Source: the human T2T-CHM13v2.0 reference genome, Homo sapiens. From it: DNA of 64,000 nucleotides. The DNA lies in NCBI RefSeq assembly GCF_009914755.1, contig NC_060933.1; one strand, given 5' to 3'. Below the pieces are notes generated by a model. The model did not search any database. It was not told the DNA's origin and saw nothing but the letters and a program-made list of their open reading frames with translations. Positions 41,791 through 55,467 of this stretch are shown in pieces. Position numbers and translations under genes: made by a program. How positions within the stretch are numbered: the stretch's first letter is position 1; every line of letters starts with the position of its first letter.

Positions 41791-43939
41791 TGAAATGTCT
41801 TTAAAAATACCTTTACCTTTAGTCAGATACCTAAAGGATAAAAACTGTATGATTCCACTTATTTGAGGTAGCTAGTGTCCCAGCTACAATCAAATTCGTA
41901 GAAGCAGAAAGTAGGATGGTGGTTGCCAGGGGCTGGGGTTGGGGGCTGGGGAGTTGTCTAATGGGGATAGTTTCAGTTTTGCAAGATGCAAACGTTTTGA
42001 AGATGGAGGGTGGTGATGGTTGCACAACAGTGTGAATGTTCTTAATGCCACTGAACTGTACGCTGAACAACGAATTAAGACAGTAAATTTTATGTTGTGC
42101 ATATTTTACTACAATAAAAACCAGCTAGGCTGCTGGCCAGCATGTCCATCAGCGCCGTGGGTGGTGGCTCCTGAGGGTGGGGTGCAGTCTCCCTCATCTA
42201 CCCAACACCTGCAGGCACCTGGCCTGGGATACCTCATTCCTGGCCAGGTATCACATCATCCTCACATGTCTTTGGCCTTGGGAGCCTGGCTTGCCTGGTG
42301 ACCAGGGGCTTTGCTGTGATCCTGATGGCTGCTGAGAAGGTCTCTCTCTTACCAAACCAGAAGAAAGACATCCTTTATGGCAAATAGCACCGTGAAAACA
42401 GCTGGGCCTACAAGGGTTGTGGCAGCAGCTTCTGCCTGAGAAACCGCGGCCGGGTCGTTGTGGCCTCAGGGAGTCCAGGCCTCTGCTTGCTTGGTGGGAC
42501 TCAGTCCCAGCTGTGGGTTGCTATCACTGCAGCTGTCTGCTCTCATTTTGCATTTTTGTTCATCTGGAGCCCTCCCCACCTCACCTGCAGAGCCCAGGAG
42601 GTGGCACACTCTGGGAGGTCCCAGGCAGAAGAGCTGGCTTAGGGTGGTGGGTGCCCCATTGCCTGGGATTTGAGAACCTGCCCCTTTGGTTTTTATAATT
42701 AGATTTCTAACAGGATCCAAGTGAAACCACAACCCAAACCCTAAGCTGTGAACCCAGCAGCTTTTCTGAGCACACCCCTCCCCTTACACACATCACAGGC
42801 CTGGGACCGTGGCCTCCAGGCTCGGGGAGACTATAGACCTTTGTTTGCTTCCTTTCAGGGCTTGAGGCGGTTTTTCTTCCCCTCCCCAGTCTTGCAGATT
42901 CTTTTGAAAACCCCAGAGTCCCACTTTCAACTCCTTCTTCTGGTCTCTGATAAAAGGCATGCTAAGAATCACTTCTAACAGTTTCAGTGAGAGCTAAGAA
43001 AGCTGTCTGCAAAGACAGGACATCAAAGCACAGAGCTCAGGTGTGCTCTGGCTGGCCTGAGACAGCCCTGTGGCGGGAGGGAGCGTCTGCAGCCTCCAAA
43101 CTGGCCCTGCTGCCCCCAGGGGTCCCAGACTTCCCTGGCTGCAGCCCCTGCCCTGGGCCTCCTGGCTACTGCCCGTCTGTACCTAGCCTTCTGGCAGGAG
43201 CCAGAGAGCTGACTGCCAGGAAAAGCCACAGCGAACCCTGCAAATTGCCCAGATACCTGGAGACAACATCTTAATTGCCCTGTGAAGAGCTGCCTGGCTG
43301 GAGAGTCCCTTTCTGTGGGTAGGCAAGGTTTGAACTTCAAAGAGGTTCTCGCCTGGTTCACAATGTTTACAGCAGCTCCAGGAGTGACAGAATAATTTTG
43401 GTGTCCTTGGAGAGAGTTGCCTGGCAGGGCTTCTATGTCTGCTGTGGTCTAAGAGCCTCAGGGGGACCACGATTTGTGGGACTCACCACAGACAGCCCTA
43501 CTGTCCCGGGAATGCCGCCGGCTCTGCTTTTATGGTGTCTTTGACTCCAGCTCTAGGCTCTGGGCATCCACCATGGGGTGGGGCCAGGGTATGGGCTGGC
43601 CGGGGGCTAAGTTCACTGACCGTGGCCAGCCCGGTCCTGGGCATGTGAGGATCACCACCTATGTGTCTCATTCCAGAGTTTCATGGTTGGGGGCTCTGGT
43701 GGGGTGACAGGTGATTTATCAATTTATTTCCATCTTCTCGACTCTAGCCTCCTTGCAGGAAGGGGGTGGGTTTGGAATCATCCCCTCACTCCTCAGTCAT
43801 CACCCAGGGCAGTCCCTTACATACCTCAGCTTAGGCCTGGCTGCTGAGAGTGTGTGTGATGGTGGATCATGCCTGCTGGAGAAATGCAGGCCTGGATCTT
43901 CCTGTTGCAGATGGATCCACTGTTCCAGTGTCACTACCT

Positions 43940-44430
43940 AGCCCATGCTTCACGGCATAAAGCAATGCCTATTTCCCTGGGCTCATGTGTTCTGTGAGTC
44001 AGGTGTTCAGGCAGGGCTGCTGGAAAGCTCACCCAGAGGGGTGACTCCATAGCTGGGGCATGCAAACACCTGGGTGTGTTCTATCTGCGGGCTCAGGGCT
44101 GGGCTGGAAGCTCTGCAAGGCTAGGCTTAGCTGGGCAGCTGCCTGGAGCACTTCTGTGTGGCTTGAGCTTCCTTACAGCATGGTGGCCTCAGGGCAGACT
44201 TCCTCTATGGAGGCCCAGCACTTCAGAATGGGTGTTGGTGGAAAAGTTAGAAGCTGTGTGGCCCCTAGGATGCCGCATAAAAGCCCAGCTTCTACCTTTC
44301 TACCTTGGCCAATCCCCAAGGATTGCTTTTATCATATGCCCTTGGTGGAAGCAGCAGGCCATCCCAGATTCCAGGGAAAGCCCATAGACCCCACTCTCAG
44401 TGGGGGAGGGCCAGACACCACATTGACATG
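43940..44430 (-). mobile_element. Old MLT1 LTR (J/K-like)
   Basis: 'ttctgtgagtcagg', 'gtggcttgagcttccttacagcatggtggcctcaggg', 'cccagattccaggga..atagaccccactctc'. Confidence 0.65.
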
Positions 44431-44519
44431 TGTGCTTATCCCATGAGGAAAACATTTATATTTGTTTTATTTTTATTCCTCAAAATAGACCCTTGAGTTG
44501 TGGATAGACAACTTAAATG

Positions 44520-44690
44520 CAAATCAGGAAACCTGAGTCCTGGTGTCAGAACCCCGGGAAGTTAATGAAGTGTGGTAGGCCACAGACACGCTCAGCCTCA
44601 GTTTCCTTATCTTAGTAGTGAGGGTGCCATCATGGTAGTTTAATGTGCTGCCTGCAGAGAAAGTGCTTAGGGAGGAGGTGAGGACTGTCT
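44520..44690 (+). mobile_element. MIR
   Basis: 'gcctcagtttccttatct..aaagtgcttag'. Confidence 0.55.
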
Positions 44691-46000
44691 CACACCAGTC
44701 CACTCCCCTGGGGGACACGGGGGCTCTGGGCACCCTCTGCCTCATGCCCACAACTCCTGCAGAAATTGCTCCTGATCTAGGTGTGAGGATTGTGGGGGGC
44801 CTGGGTGGAGCCGGCTGCACTGATGGAAAGTTGCTGCTGGGGAGAGTCACTCTAGGCTTCATTCAACTGTGACGTGAATGTCAGCCTGGGCTCTTTCAGC
44901 TGGGATGGAGAAACAGCTGTTCTCAACACGGATGAGGCCCCAGCCTTGGCCCTGCCAAGCCAATGGGCTGTGTGGCCCTGGGCCAAGGACATAGCTCTAG
45001 GATTTGTCTGGTCCTCGTGGTGCTTCACCATGAGAGCAGGGGAGGGTGGCAGTGAGACTTCTCTGGATGATAGAGAGGAGAGAATGGGAGGGCGGCATGC
45101 ACCCAAAGAGATGGCTCCATCATGGAGCAAGGGACACGCTGCCTGGAGGCCACAGCCAGAGGAGCATCCTGGCTCCCAAGGATGGAGAACCAATGCCTGT
45201 CTGCAGGCTTGGCAATCGCCTCAAAGAAGTCCCAGGGCCTGATCAGAGAGACTCAGTGCTAAAGGGATGCAGGGCCTGGTCTCGGTGCTGCATGAGGAGG
45301 GCTAGCTGTCCACCATGGTCAGCCCAGCTGCCAGCCCTCCCCAGGTCTGGCCTGACAGATAGAGAATCTGGAGCTACAAGTGGGAGGGGGTGCCACCCGT
45401 GCAATCAGATGTCTGGCCCACTTCCAATGCCAATGTGATTTTATTGTTTTCTTGGTGGTTTGCTTGGGAAGGGGTTGTGGATGCCACAGGCACTGGGAAA
45501 GGCAGCTCTGGGAGAAGGCAAGGCAGGGTTTTGCCAGCCAGCCTCAGGCCCCTCATCCAAGAACTGAGGGAGGCTGGGACCCTTCAGAGGGCAGGATTGT
45601 GGATTTGGTATCACCTGCTTTCCCAGTTTTCAGCAGAGAGCTGACAGGCAGGGGCTGACCGCACGCGCCTCTCCTGCTGCTGGAGGGAGCGGAGAACAGA
45701 CTGTCCACTCACTCCAAGCCCAAGTGGCTGCTGTGCTGCCCGCTGGACCTCCAGAATCCTTCTCTGCACCGCACATGAGATGCACCAGTGTTGGGGCCCT
45801 GGCCTTTCCTAACACGATTTGACCTTTTGTACCTCCAGGTCTCTGCATGTGCTGACTCCTGGAATTCCCACCAACAAACCGTTTCTCCACCAAAACACCA
45901 GAGCAATCCCTCCCCGAAGCCTGTCCTAGGAGGGCTCATTGCTGGCTCAGATACTGGGCAGGGCCCTGCTCCCCCGCTGTGGGCCTTGGCCATCTGATGT

Positions 46001-46414
46001 CCGTGTGTGCGTACATACAGAGATTTCTCATGGGAATTGGCTTATGTGATTATAGAGGCTGAGAAGTCTCACAATCTGCCATCTGCAAGCCAGAGACCCA
46101 GGCCAGCTGATGATGTAATTCCAGTCTAAGTTTGCAAGCCTGAGAACCGGCAGTGCCGGCGTCCAAGGGCAGGAGAAGATGCATATCCCAGCTTAAGCAG
46201 AGAGAGCACATTAAGTGTACTCTGCTTTTTGTTCTGTCTTGGCCCTCCATGGACTAGATGGTGCCCACCTGCATTGGTCCACTTCTTTAGTCAGTCTACT
46301 GATTCACATGCTAATCTCTTCTGGAAATTTTCAAACAGACACACCTAGAAATACTGTTTTACCAGCTATATGGACATTCCTTAGCCAGGCGAGTTGACAA
46401 AATTCACCATCACA
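46001..46414 (-). mobile_element. ERVL solo LTR (MLT2B/D-like)
   Basis: 'ggaattggcttatgtgattatagaggctgagaagtc..ctgccatctgcaagc..agttgaca..accatcaca'. Confidence 0.88.
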
Positions 46415-47419
46415 CTTGCTTAGTTTGAGCCCACAACAGGCAGAAGTGCCAGGAGTTAACTCAGGAATTCTTCAACTGATCCTTCTCAGAGTGGAGTATG
46501 AATACCCCAACTCCACCAGTCCCAGGATTGGGGAGGCACATGAGTTTCACACCAGGACTCCACAAAGCCTGGCGTGTGGGTGGGTGCAGGGCTGCCCACT
46601 GTTACTGGGCCATGGAGAGGTAAGCACAGAAATTGAGAGTGAGCAGACACTTTTACAGCACTAGGTTATAGAAGCAACATCCAAGCTCATGGTCATTTTT
46701 CTAGCAATTCATTTCAGCAAATATATCTCGCAAAAGTGTCCATTGGCAATGAATTGGCTAGACCGACAAAAAGTTCCCAGTCCTTCGCTACAGATAGTTT
46801 GAGAACGCAGTTTGCTACCATGGCCAGAAACACTGGGTGTGTCTTTGCTGTCCCGGCCATTTGCTGCTGGCTTCTGTGGAGCCTTTCTCCACACGTCTGT
46901 GGAGAGTGTTCTGTGCAGAGCTGAGACCCCAGGGGCCAGGGCTGGAGACGTGCCGGCATGGCCTCCTCAGCAGCCATGGCAACACGGGACAGAAGGATGG
47001 CTGCCTCCGAAGCATTGTGTGGAATCGTCCTGAAGACAGCAGGGATGCGGGGGCCCCCAGCTGGTTTCTGGGGCAGCCTTCAGGGCACTGCTTGTTGCTT
47101 TCCGGATAGGCGTTGGTGGCGGAAGCAGCTGACCTGCTTCTGCTGGCCACCTTGGAATCCGGGACTCTGCTAAACCAGGACAAAGGCCAGAAGGGTCTTG
47201 GAAGGGTCTGGAGGGGAAGAAGGGAGTTGAATGGCGTCATTTTTGTTGAAGGCACAGGGCTGCCTGTTTCCCATGGAAAAGTAAAAAGATGAACAGACAG
47301 ATAATCAACTGAGGTAAACAACTCTTGAAGAGTGGGCAGAACCTTCTCTAAGGTCATGACTCCTTTGAGAAAGTGACGAAAGCTGTGGGCTCTGTTCCCA
47401 GGAGATGCACGTGGGTGTG

Positions 47420-47728
47420 CAAACATAAACACATGCCCAACTGTAAACACATACACACGCATACATGCATGAATGAACAATTACACATGTTCATACATGT
47501 GCAACCACTGGGCACATGTGCACACATGCACAAATGTACAAATGCATGCCATTAACACAGGACATATACATATGCTTGTGTGTACACATACAAGAAAACC
47601 ACACACAGGCACACACATGTGTTTATGCACATGTGTGCACACACGCACACATATGCACACACATGTACACACGTGGACACATGCACATGCACACACAAAC
47701 TGCACACATGCACATTTACACATGTGCA
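47420..47728. repeat. CA/CATG-rich low-complexity tract
   Basis: Interrupted cacatg/cacaca repeats. Confidence 0.9.
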
Positions 47729-48482
47729 AATGATGTTGTGCCACCTCCCAGGTGTTGTTGACACTCAGAACCATCTCTACAGTTTCCAGGGCTCAGAGAT
47801 CCTGTTTTAAAAGAAAAGTGGGCATTTAAAAAGCTGCAAGAAGGAAAAGGAAACTACAGGAAGGAAATAAAAAGTCTCAAAGACTGCCTAATTAAAGTGA
47901 CAGAGAGCCATTCCTTACTGCTCACTCTGCAAACCTGTGCTACGGCTGAGAGGTGCCCTCTAGAAAGGAAATGACCTACAGTTCTGGGATGTATGGTGCC
48001 ATCTCCCCAGGCCTCCCCCATTGGCTTGAGCAGAGAACAGATGGCAATTTCAGCTGCAGGAAACTCAGAGAGGCACGTCTCAAACTTCAGATGCCAGGGT
48101 TGTTCCTCTGCCCCAGCCTCCAAGAAAACCTTCACAGTCAAGTCTGGCGTTGACACTATCCCCTGGAGAGCCCCTTGGTCCCTAGAGAGTCAGAGGCTTA
48201 TGGCCACATGGGCTAGGCCTACGCCTTGTCACTGGGAGCTCTGGTCACTTGGCCCCTAGCCACTGGGGAGGTCAGGAGGGACTCTGGAAAGCTCCTTCAA
48301 ACAGGGAGTCATTAAAAGTCCCTGCCCAACTATGTGGCTGATGGTTTTCCTGAGGCTGGGTAGGAAGGAGCAATGGGTGACCTGGGGCCCAGCATGGGGC
48401 AGCAGGACCTGGGGACCCCTGCCTTGCAGAGGCCCACACTCATGACTGGCACCGAGCCATAGCAGCACATCTCTCCCAGTGT

Positions 48483-48912
48483 GTGCACGTGCACACACAC
48501 ACAAACACATGCACACAACCACAGGCATGCACACACACACACAAAACCACAGTCACGCACACACACAAACACACAAACACATACACACAAAACCACAGGC
48601 ATGCACACACACACAAACCAGGTCCATTTGACACACACATGTCACACACACAAACCACAGTCATGCACACGCACACACATAAACACAGACACACATACAC
48701 AAATACACAAACACACACACAAAACCATAGGCATGCACACACACACACAAAACCACATGCATGCACACACACACACAAAACCACAGGCATGCACACACAC
48801 ACACAAAACCACAGGCATGCACACACACAAAACCACAGGCATGCACACACACAAAACCACAGGCATGCACGCACACACACACACACACACAACCACAGAC
48901 AGGCACACATGT
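48483..48912. repeat. Minisatellite, unit AAAACCACAGGCATG(CA)4-8, about 24-30 bp
   Basis: About 12 imperfect units. The most regular stretch is 48721-48897. Confidence 0.93.
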
Positions 48913-50062
48913 GCTCATCCTGAGACTGGAAAGGGTGCTGGGCAATCCACATAAATGTCCCCTTGAATCTTCTGGTGGCCCCATGGGCAGGCTCCAGAAG
49001 CTCCATCTTACAGGTGAACAGATTGGCTACACTTTAGAGGAAAATGAAGCTCGGTGAGGTTGCACAACCTGAGGTCACACAGTGAGGATGGCATCCAGGA
49101 CTCCAAACCAGGTGATCAGGCTTCAAAGCCTGCATCCTCCCCATGATCCTGCCCCTGGCCCAGGGGACTGCTAAACCCAGTGTGCTGAGGACAAGGAGGA
49201 CATGGGCTTAGATGAGCCTGGCCTGGACAAAGCTGTGTGGTACAGAGTGACCTGCACAGCTCATGGCCCCATCTGAGCACCAGAGTCCCATGGGATACTG
49301 AGCCACAAGACTGAGCCTACCCAGACCAGCTCTGGGAAAGAGCCTTCCCGTCACCCGTCTTGTGGCCATCTGCTTAGGCAGGGTGGCTGGACCTCAATTC
49401 CCAGGCAGCTGTGTCAAGCGAGGGGGGGGGGTCCCTGAAAGAAGCGTGGGCCCCAGATGTGCTTTATGGAGTGGGGAGATGTAGGTTGTACAACACTTCA
49501 TTACTGCCCGCAGCTGGGAAACAGCTGCCGCTCTCAGCTGGCCGGGCTGCCTGGCCCCTGGGCCACAATAGGATTGTGTGTGGGAGCTGGCAGCAGAGAG
49601 TCATTAAAGAAGCCAGCTAGGCTCTGGGAGGAGGGATTATGCTGATGCCGCAGTCCCAGAAGCTGGCCTCTGCCAGGGGAGCTGGTAATTGCGGACCAGC
49701 CACCTGGACTCTCTAGGACTCTGTTCTCCTCTTCAGAGAGAGTTGTACTCAGCTCTTGGGGTGGTTGTGAGGACTGAGGATGCAACAAATTTCCATCACA
49801 CTTCAGCACAGCTCTTAGGAACTAGTGGGGTAAACCAGAGATTATCAAAGCTACTGGCTGAAATTTGCCTGAATTTCACAATGTTGCTCACCAGTAGGAA
49901 TTGCTGGGGTGCGGGGAGGAAGTTCCAGGCCTGTCAATGTCAAAAACAGATCTTTCCAAGGATGCCGTCTCTCTGCTGCCTCCCTTCTGTGACAAGAGCT
50001 GTCGGTAACTGTGTTGGTGGTGAGCTACCTGGAAACTTAGTGTGAGAAACTACTAGTGGGTC

Positions 50063-50511
50063 CTGTGGGTCAGGAATTTGGAGACTGCATGGTGGGGACG
50101 GCTCCTCTCTGCTCTACCATGTCTGAGGCCCAAGCTGGGACATCTGACTGGTGATAATTCATTCTTACATCTTGACAGGTTTGTGGGTTGTCAACTGGGT
50201 CCTCAGTTCCTCTCCGGATGGCTAGTTGGACTTTCTCACAGCATGGTGGCTGGGTTCCCAGGATGAGTCCTCAAAGAGCCCAAAGGAAGCTACATGCTAT
50301 TTATGACCTCACCTTGGCCACCCCACAGCATCCTCGCTGCCAGGCTCTCTTCATGCATATATACTACCCAGATTTAAGGGTGAGGACAAAAACCCCCTAG
50401 GGGGAGGAGTGTTGATCACATTGTGAGGGGAGCATGTGGTATAAGATATGCACATATACCCAGACATACACACACAGCTGTGGCCGTCTCTGAAAAACAG
50501 CAGCCTGCCCA
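50063..50511 (-). mobile_element. MLT1 LTR (H-like)
   Basis: 'tgtgggtcaggaatttgg', 'ctttctcacagcatggtggctgggttcc', 'tttatgacct'. Confidence 0.7.
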
Positions 50512-50996
50512 GTGTTCCTGTGAGTTTTTATAGAGAGACAGAGCTTTGTCTAGGGTTTCAATCTTACAATACTCTTACTAAAGATCCTTCTGAAATGCAG
50601 TCACAAGCTGGGAGAATCCAAGAGAGCAGAGACCCCTTAGGAAAGAGCATCTCCTGGGATCTGGCCTCAGGAACTTACAAACAAGTTGGAGAAAGACCAT
50701 GTAAACATAAACAAATATGCCGAAACACCCGCATAACATTTTGAGACAAAGAGAATTGCACTAATGTAAGATGAACTCAATTATGAAATTGTACAGTGCC
50801 TGGAGCTCTGCCCTGAGTGGCCCCACCAGGATCCATGGGAGAAGATTTGTCCTTGACTGAAAAGCCGGGACAACCAGCTATTTCTCCAGAGTTGCTCTGA
50901 TTAGTCTGTTACCACTGAGTTTTTAAATGTATCCACACTGTATATACGATTTAAAGTAATGAGTTATTTCTTCTGTAATTAAAAAAAATAACATAA

Positions 50997-51305
<309 letters not shown>

Positions 51306-51675
51306 TGAAGAAGTCAACATTCCTTCTTATCTCCACCAGGCTGACCCTGGTGGCAACCGCAGTTAATAGCTTCATGTGAATTGTTTGTTTGTTTTCAAAA
51401 CCTAGATTTTAATCTTTTAAATTCTTTTAAAAATATTGCCACCATCAAGGCGGGGCACCAGTCACATGGGCATGGAGGCAGTCTAGGCGCTGAGGGGGCT
51501 GGGCCACGTGTCCCCCTTTTTGGGTAGAGGGGTGAGGGTGGGGAAGGAATATGTGGGCTGGTGACCCAGAGAAGGGGCCTGGGACCAGGGCAGGGGCATT
51601 GGGAGCCAGCTTGGAAGTGTGTAAGCTGCCTAATAAAAGTGACAGAGAACCATTTCCCACTGCTCTTTGATGTTT

Positions 51676-51916
51676 TTGTTTTTTTAAATTTTTTTAATTA
51701 ATTTTTTTTTATTATAAAAGAAAACTTTTTTTTGGCCTCCCAGGTAGCTGGGATTAAGGTGCCTGCCACCATGCCTGGCTAATTTTTGTATTTTTTAGTA
51801 GAGACGGGGTTTCACCATGTTGGCCAGGCTGGTCTCGAACTCCTGACCTCTGATGATCTGCCCGCCGCGGCCTCCCAAAGTGCTGGGATTACAGGCGTGA
51901 GCCACTGCGACCAGTC
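51676..51916 (-). mobile_element. AluS with an internal deletion of much of the right arm
   Basis: The T-rich tail joins directly to 'ggcctcccaggtagctggg'. TSD ttgatgttt at 51667-51675 and 51917-51925. Confidence 0.9.
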
Positions 51917-52089
51917 TTGATGTTTGAAATGATATTTGAAATGATACTCATAGCTGTTCCAGCACTGGCCCACAGAATTTTTGCATAATTATGTTTTTCT
52001 TGTTGTTTGTAATACTGTTTCTACTCTCTGATCATTCCTGGATATTTCTCCAGGTGACAACGCGGGAATCATTGCATTTTAGGGGAACT

Positions 52090-52395
52090 CTTTTTATTGA
52101 AATATCTCTTCCATATAGAAAAGGGCACACACCAGGATTGAACAACATGATGAATTTTCCCAAGGTGAACCCAAATGTGTTGTCAGCCTGAGAAAGGACA
52201 ATATCAGCCCCCAGAGGCTCCCTCTGAGTGCCAACCACCCTCCAAGCCTGGTCACCATCCTTATCTCTGAAACCATAGCTGACTTTCATCTATCTTAGAA
52301 GGTATATCATTGCAACATGCAGGGTGCGTTTGTTTGAGTCTGGCTCCTACAGCACAGCATCACGTCTGCGATAATCAAAGGTTGCATTCTTTTGG
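52090..52395 (-). mobile_element. L1MC/ME 3'-end fragment
   Basis: 'ttttattgaaata..gatgaattttc..aaggtgaac..cccccagaggctccctc'. Confidence 0.65.
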
Positions 52396-52599
52396 ACACC
52401 TGCGTTGCAACCCCTGGATTGTTGAGCCCCTCATTTATTTAGAGAAGCCATTAGGATTATAATTAGTGATGTGTTTTTTTTTTTTCTGCCAAAATTTATA
52501 GCTGCCCTGGGACTTCCTTCACAGGCAGTAGAGAAAGTGGATGGGAACAGTCCGGGCAATTATGAAGCTGGAACAATTGTAGGCTTGGATATCCCCAGA

Positions 52600-52885
52600 G
52601 ACTTGGGTAGGATTCCTGTTGGCTTTGTGACTCTATGGCTTCTCATCTGTGGGAACATCGACAGTGGTACCAGCATGCGTTGGGGGCTGTCTAGGGTAGG
52701 CTGCGTGCAGGACACCTTATGTGTAGGGTCCACTGGGTCTCTACTACCACACAGGGGAATGCAGTTACTATCCCCACGACACAGATGAGTTAACTGAGGT
52801 ATGCTCACAGAGCTGGTAAGGGCAGGGAACTGAAACCTGGACCCAGAGTGTCTGGCTTCAGAAGCCAGGCATCCATGCTCTGGGC
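52600..52885. mobile_element. MIR fragments
   Basis: 'tttctcatctgtggg' and 'acagatgagttaactgagg..agagctggtaag..gtctggcttcaga'. Confidence 0.55.
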
Positions 52886-54419
52886 CATGTTGTCTTCTTG
52901 AGCAGAATGGGGGCATCCAGGGTCCTTTCAGGCATATCCTTCTTCAGACACAGCCTGTGGTCCCTCTGCAGGGCCCTGGAGTAGGTCACTGTGTTCAGTT
53001 TCTTTTGTTTAAGCTGGGGATTTCCATAACCCCTGCTACATGTAGTCTCTAGGTTCAAGCTGTTCTGTGGGTGAGTCTGATGGCTCCTTCCAGCACATTC
53101 GTTCAGCTGGCCAGGGCTGAGGCTCCAGTGTGGGTCAACTGGGACAGCAGAGTCCAGCAGACATTTCACCAGAGTATACTTGGGAAGTCACTGTGGTCGT
53201 GGGCAGCTGGTGCCCTCCATACGGAGAACTGGAAAAACATTTATTTTAAAAGAATTGAATATACCACTTTGGAAAATCATGCCAGTATGCGAACCCATTG
53301 TTTTTTAAATGGGTCTTGTTCTCCCAGTGAATACTTGCTTGGTAACTCTTTTTTGCATTATATAATTGATTTACACATTCTCACCTTTGCCAGTGAAAGG
53401 GAAAAATCACACAGATGACAAAATGCCCAGAGCATCTGAAACCACACCCTTGTCCTGGGCTTCAGTATCCTGGGGAAGTTCTCATTTGCAAATAATAAAT
53501 TGCTGTATATTTCCTCTTCCTCCCACTGCTTGCCATCACATGGAAGTAGCAGAAAAAGTCCAAGTTCTAGAGTCCACCTACACTGGCCTTGGATTCCAGC
53601 CTGCCCGCCTGCTAGTGTGTGCACCTTTGGGTAGGTGGCCAGGTTCTCCCATTGGAATGAGCCATGGCTGGTGGCCTGCCTGACTCCCCTGAAGTAATGC
53701 AGGCCCAACTGAGGATGAGCAGCATCCCATCCTCAGGGAATCCCCACCCACAGGAAAGAAGAGCACAGAGGGTGGACATAAGACTTGCAAGCGTCCTCAG
53801 TTGAAGCTGATGTGTAGGAAAAGTGGGTGCTGCTGGTGGGAGGGCAAGGGCATTGCAGAGGAGCTCTGGGCAAGGCAAGCTCAGTACAACAGGCAGGCAA
53901 CCAGTTCTCCCTCTCCCCACCTCCTTCTCACCAGGCCGTTCCTGGGACTGTCAGGGAAAAGACACATGCTTGGCTCTGAGTGTTGGGTATTTAAGTTCTG
54001 AAGTTCGGAGTATTTAAGTGCTTCCAGTGGACAGTCACTAACAGAGGCTGAAGGCCCAGGGGCAGGCCACCCTGTCCTGTAGATGCCCAGAGCTGTCTCT
54101 TCTAAAGCTCAGGATCTAGGCCACATCCACGAGCAACTCAAGCCAGGAACCAGGTGTCACCCTGACTTCTTGCCCCTGGGTCCTGGCACCCCTGCATTTT
54201 GGGAGTCTCCAGATGCCACACCTATCTCACTGATGCTCCTCCTCAGTGAAGCACAAGACAGCTTGCTAACTGTTGTGTTCACAACCATTTTGCATGACAC
54301 CAACCTGGTTCCTCCCTAGCCCTTCTCAACATCAGTGTGATGGTGTCACCCACCCTTAGGAGCCCCCATACCTCTGCTGCAATGTGTGTCAGTCTTGATG
54401 TTGGCATGGCACCTTAGTT

Positions 54420-55210
54420 CCTTTATTCTGTTAACATTTTATTATAAACACTTTACAACATGCAGAAAAGCTGACATAATTGTACAGTGAAGAATTGTGT
54501 TCACAGTGTAGGTGGACATCCTCCTGACAACTGGATCCCATGATTAACCTTTTACTATCTTTGCTCTACCACATGTCTCCATCTCTCTGCCCTATCACCA
54601 TGTCCATCTCATTTTTTTAATGCATTGCATGGAAGTTTCAGACATCAGTACATGCCACCCTAACACTTTAGCATGAATGTTATTGACTAGATTTCAGTAT
54701 TTGTTAGCAGTTGTTTTTTGGGGGGAAGGGGTCAGATTTTCATTCAAAGACATGAACATATATTAACAGAACAATCTGATGTATTTAGGCAAATGCATCC
54801 GCTTCCATAATCCAAATTCTATAGAGATATAGGGCATCACCATTGCCCTAGAAAGTTCCCTTCTGCCCCTTCCCAGCCAATCCCCACCTTCAACTCCCCA
54901 AAGATAACACTGGCAGCATTTTGTCAACATAGCTTAGCTTTGCCTTTTCTGGAAATTCGTATAAACGGAATCGTAGAGTATACACGCTTCCGGTTTATTG
55001 ATTCATCTGTGTGGCCGATTACATGCATCTGCAGTTGGCTCCTTTTAATTGCTGAGGAGTGTTCCAGCATACAGAGGTAGTGCTGCGCTGTTGATGGATG
55101 CCTGGATGCTTTCCAGCTGGCAATAGTGAGTAACAAAGCTGCTATGTGCCTCCTTGCACACATCTTTGGATGGATGCTTTCGTAATACACATGGGTGAAA
55201 TGGCAGTGTG
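54420..55210 (-). mobile_element. L1MC/MD/ME 3'-end fragments (two abutting pieces)
   Basis: 'ttttattataaaca..gcagaaaag..gtacagtgaa', 'cattgccctagaaagttccctt', 'gttgatggatgcctgg..tttccag..aacaaagctgctatg'. Confidence 0.75.
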
Positions 55211-55410
55211 CACACCAGCCTCTTTGTGACATGCCCCTTGCCTACTTCTCAGCCACACAGCCCTGGCTGCGGAGAAGCCCTGAGCTGTTTCTCATATACC
55301 AGATGCTGTTTCATATGCGAGGACTGTGTGCGCCGGGTCCCCAACCTCTGACACTCTCACTCTCTTCTGGGTGTTCCCTCCTCCGTCATCTGTGTTCCTG
55401 CAACAAGTTC

Positions 55411-55467
55411 GATTCCAAGGTTTTCCTTTGACTCCAAGGGTTTCCTCTGATTCCAAAGGTTTCTTCT
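55411..55467. repeat. 19-bp tandem repeat, 3 copies
   Basis: gattccaaggttttccttt / gactccaagggtttcctct / gattccaaaggtttcttct. Confidence 0.85.

Noticed and set aside
46815-47480. 221-aa minus-strand ORF, the longest outside pure repeats
   Set aside because: Starts inside a low-complexity tract, has no recognisable domain and no supporting exon structure. Compatible with chance in GC-rich DNA.
48483-48912. Repeat-spacer appearance resembling a CRISPR array
   Set aside because: The spacers are only (CA)n slippage variants, the context is primate, and there are no cas genes.
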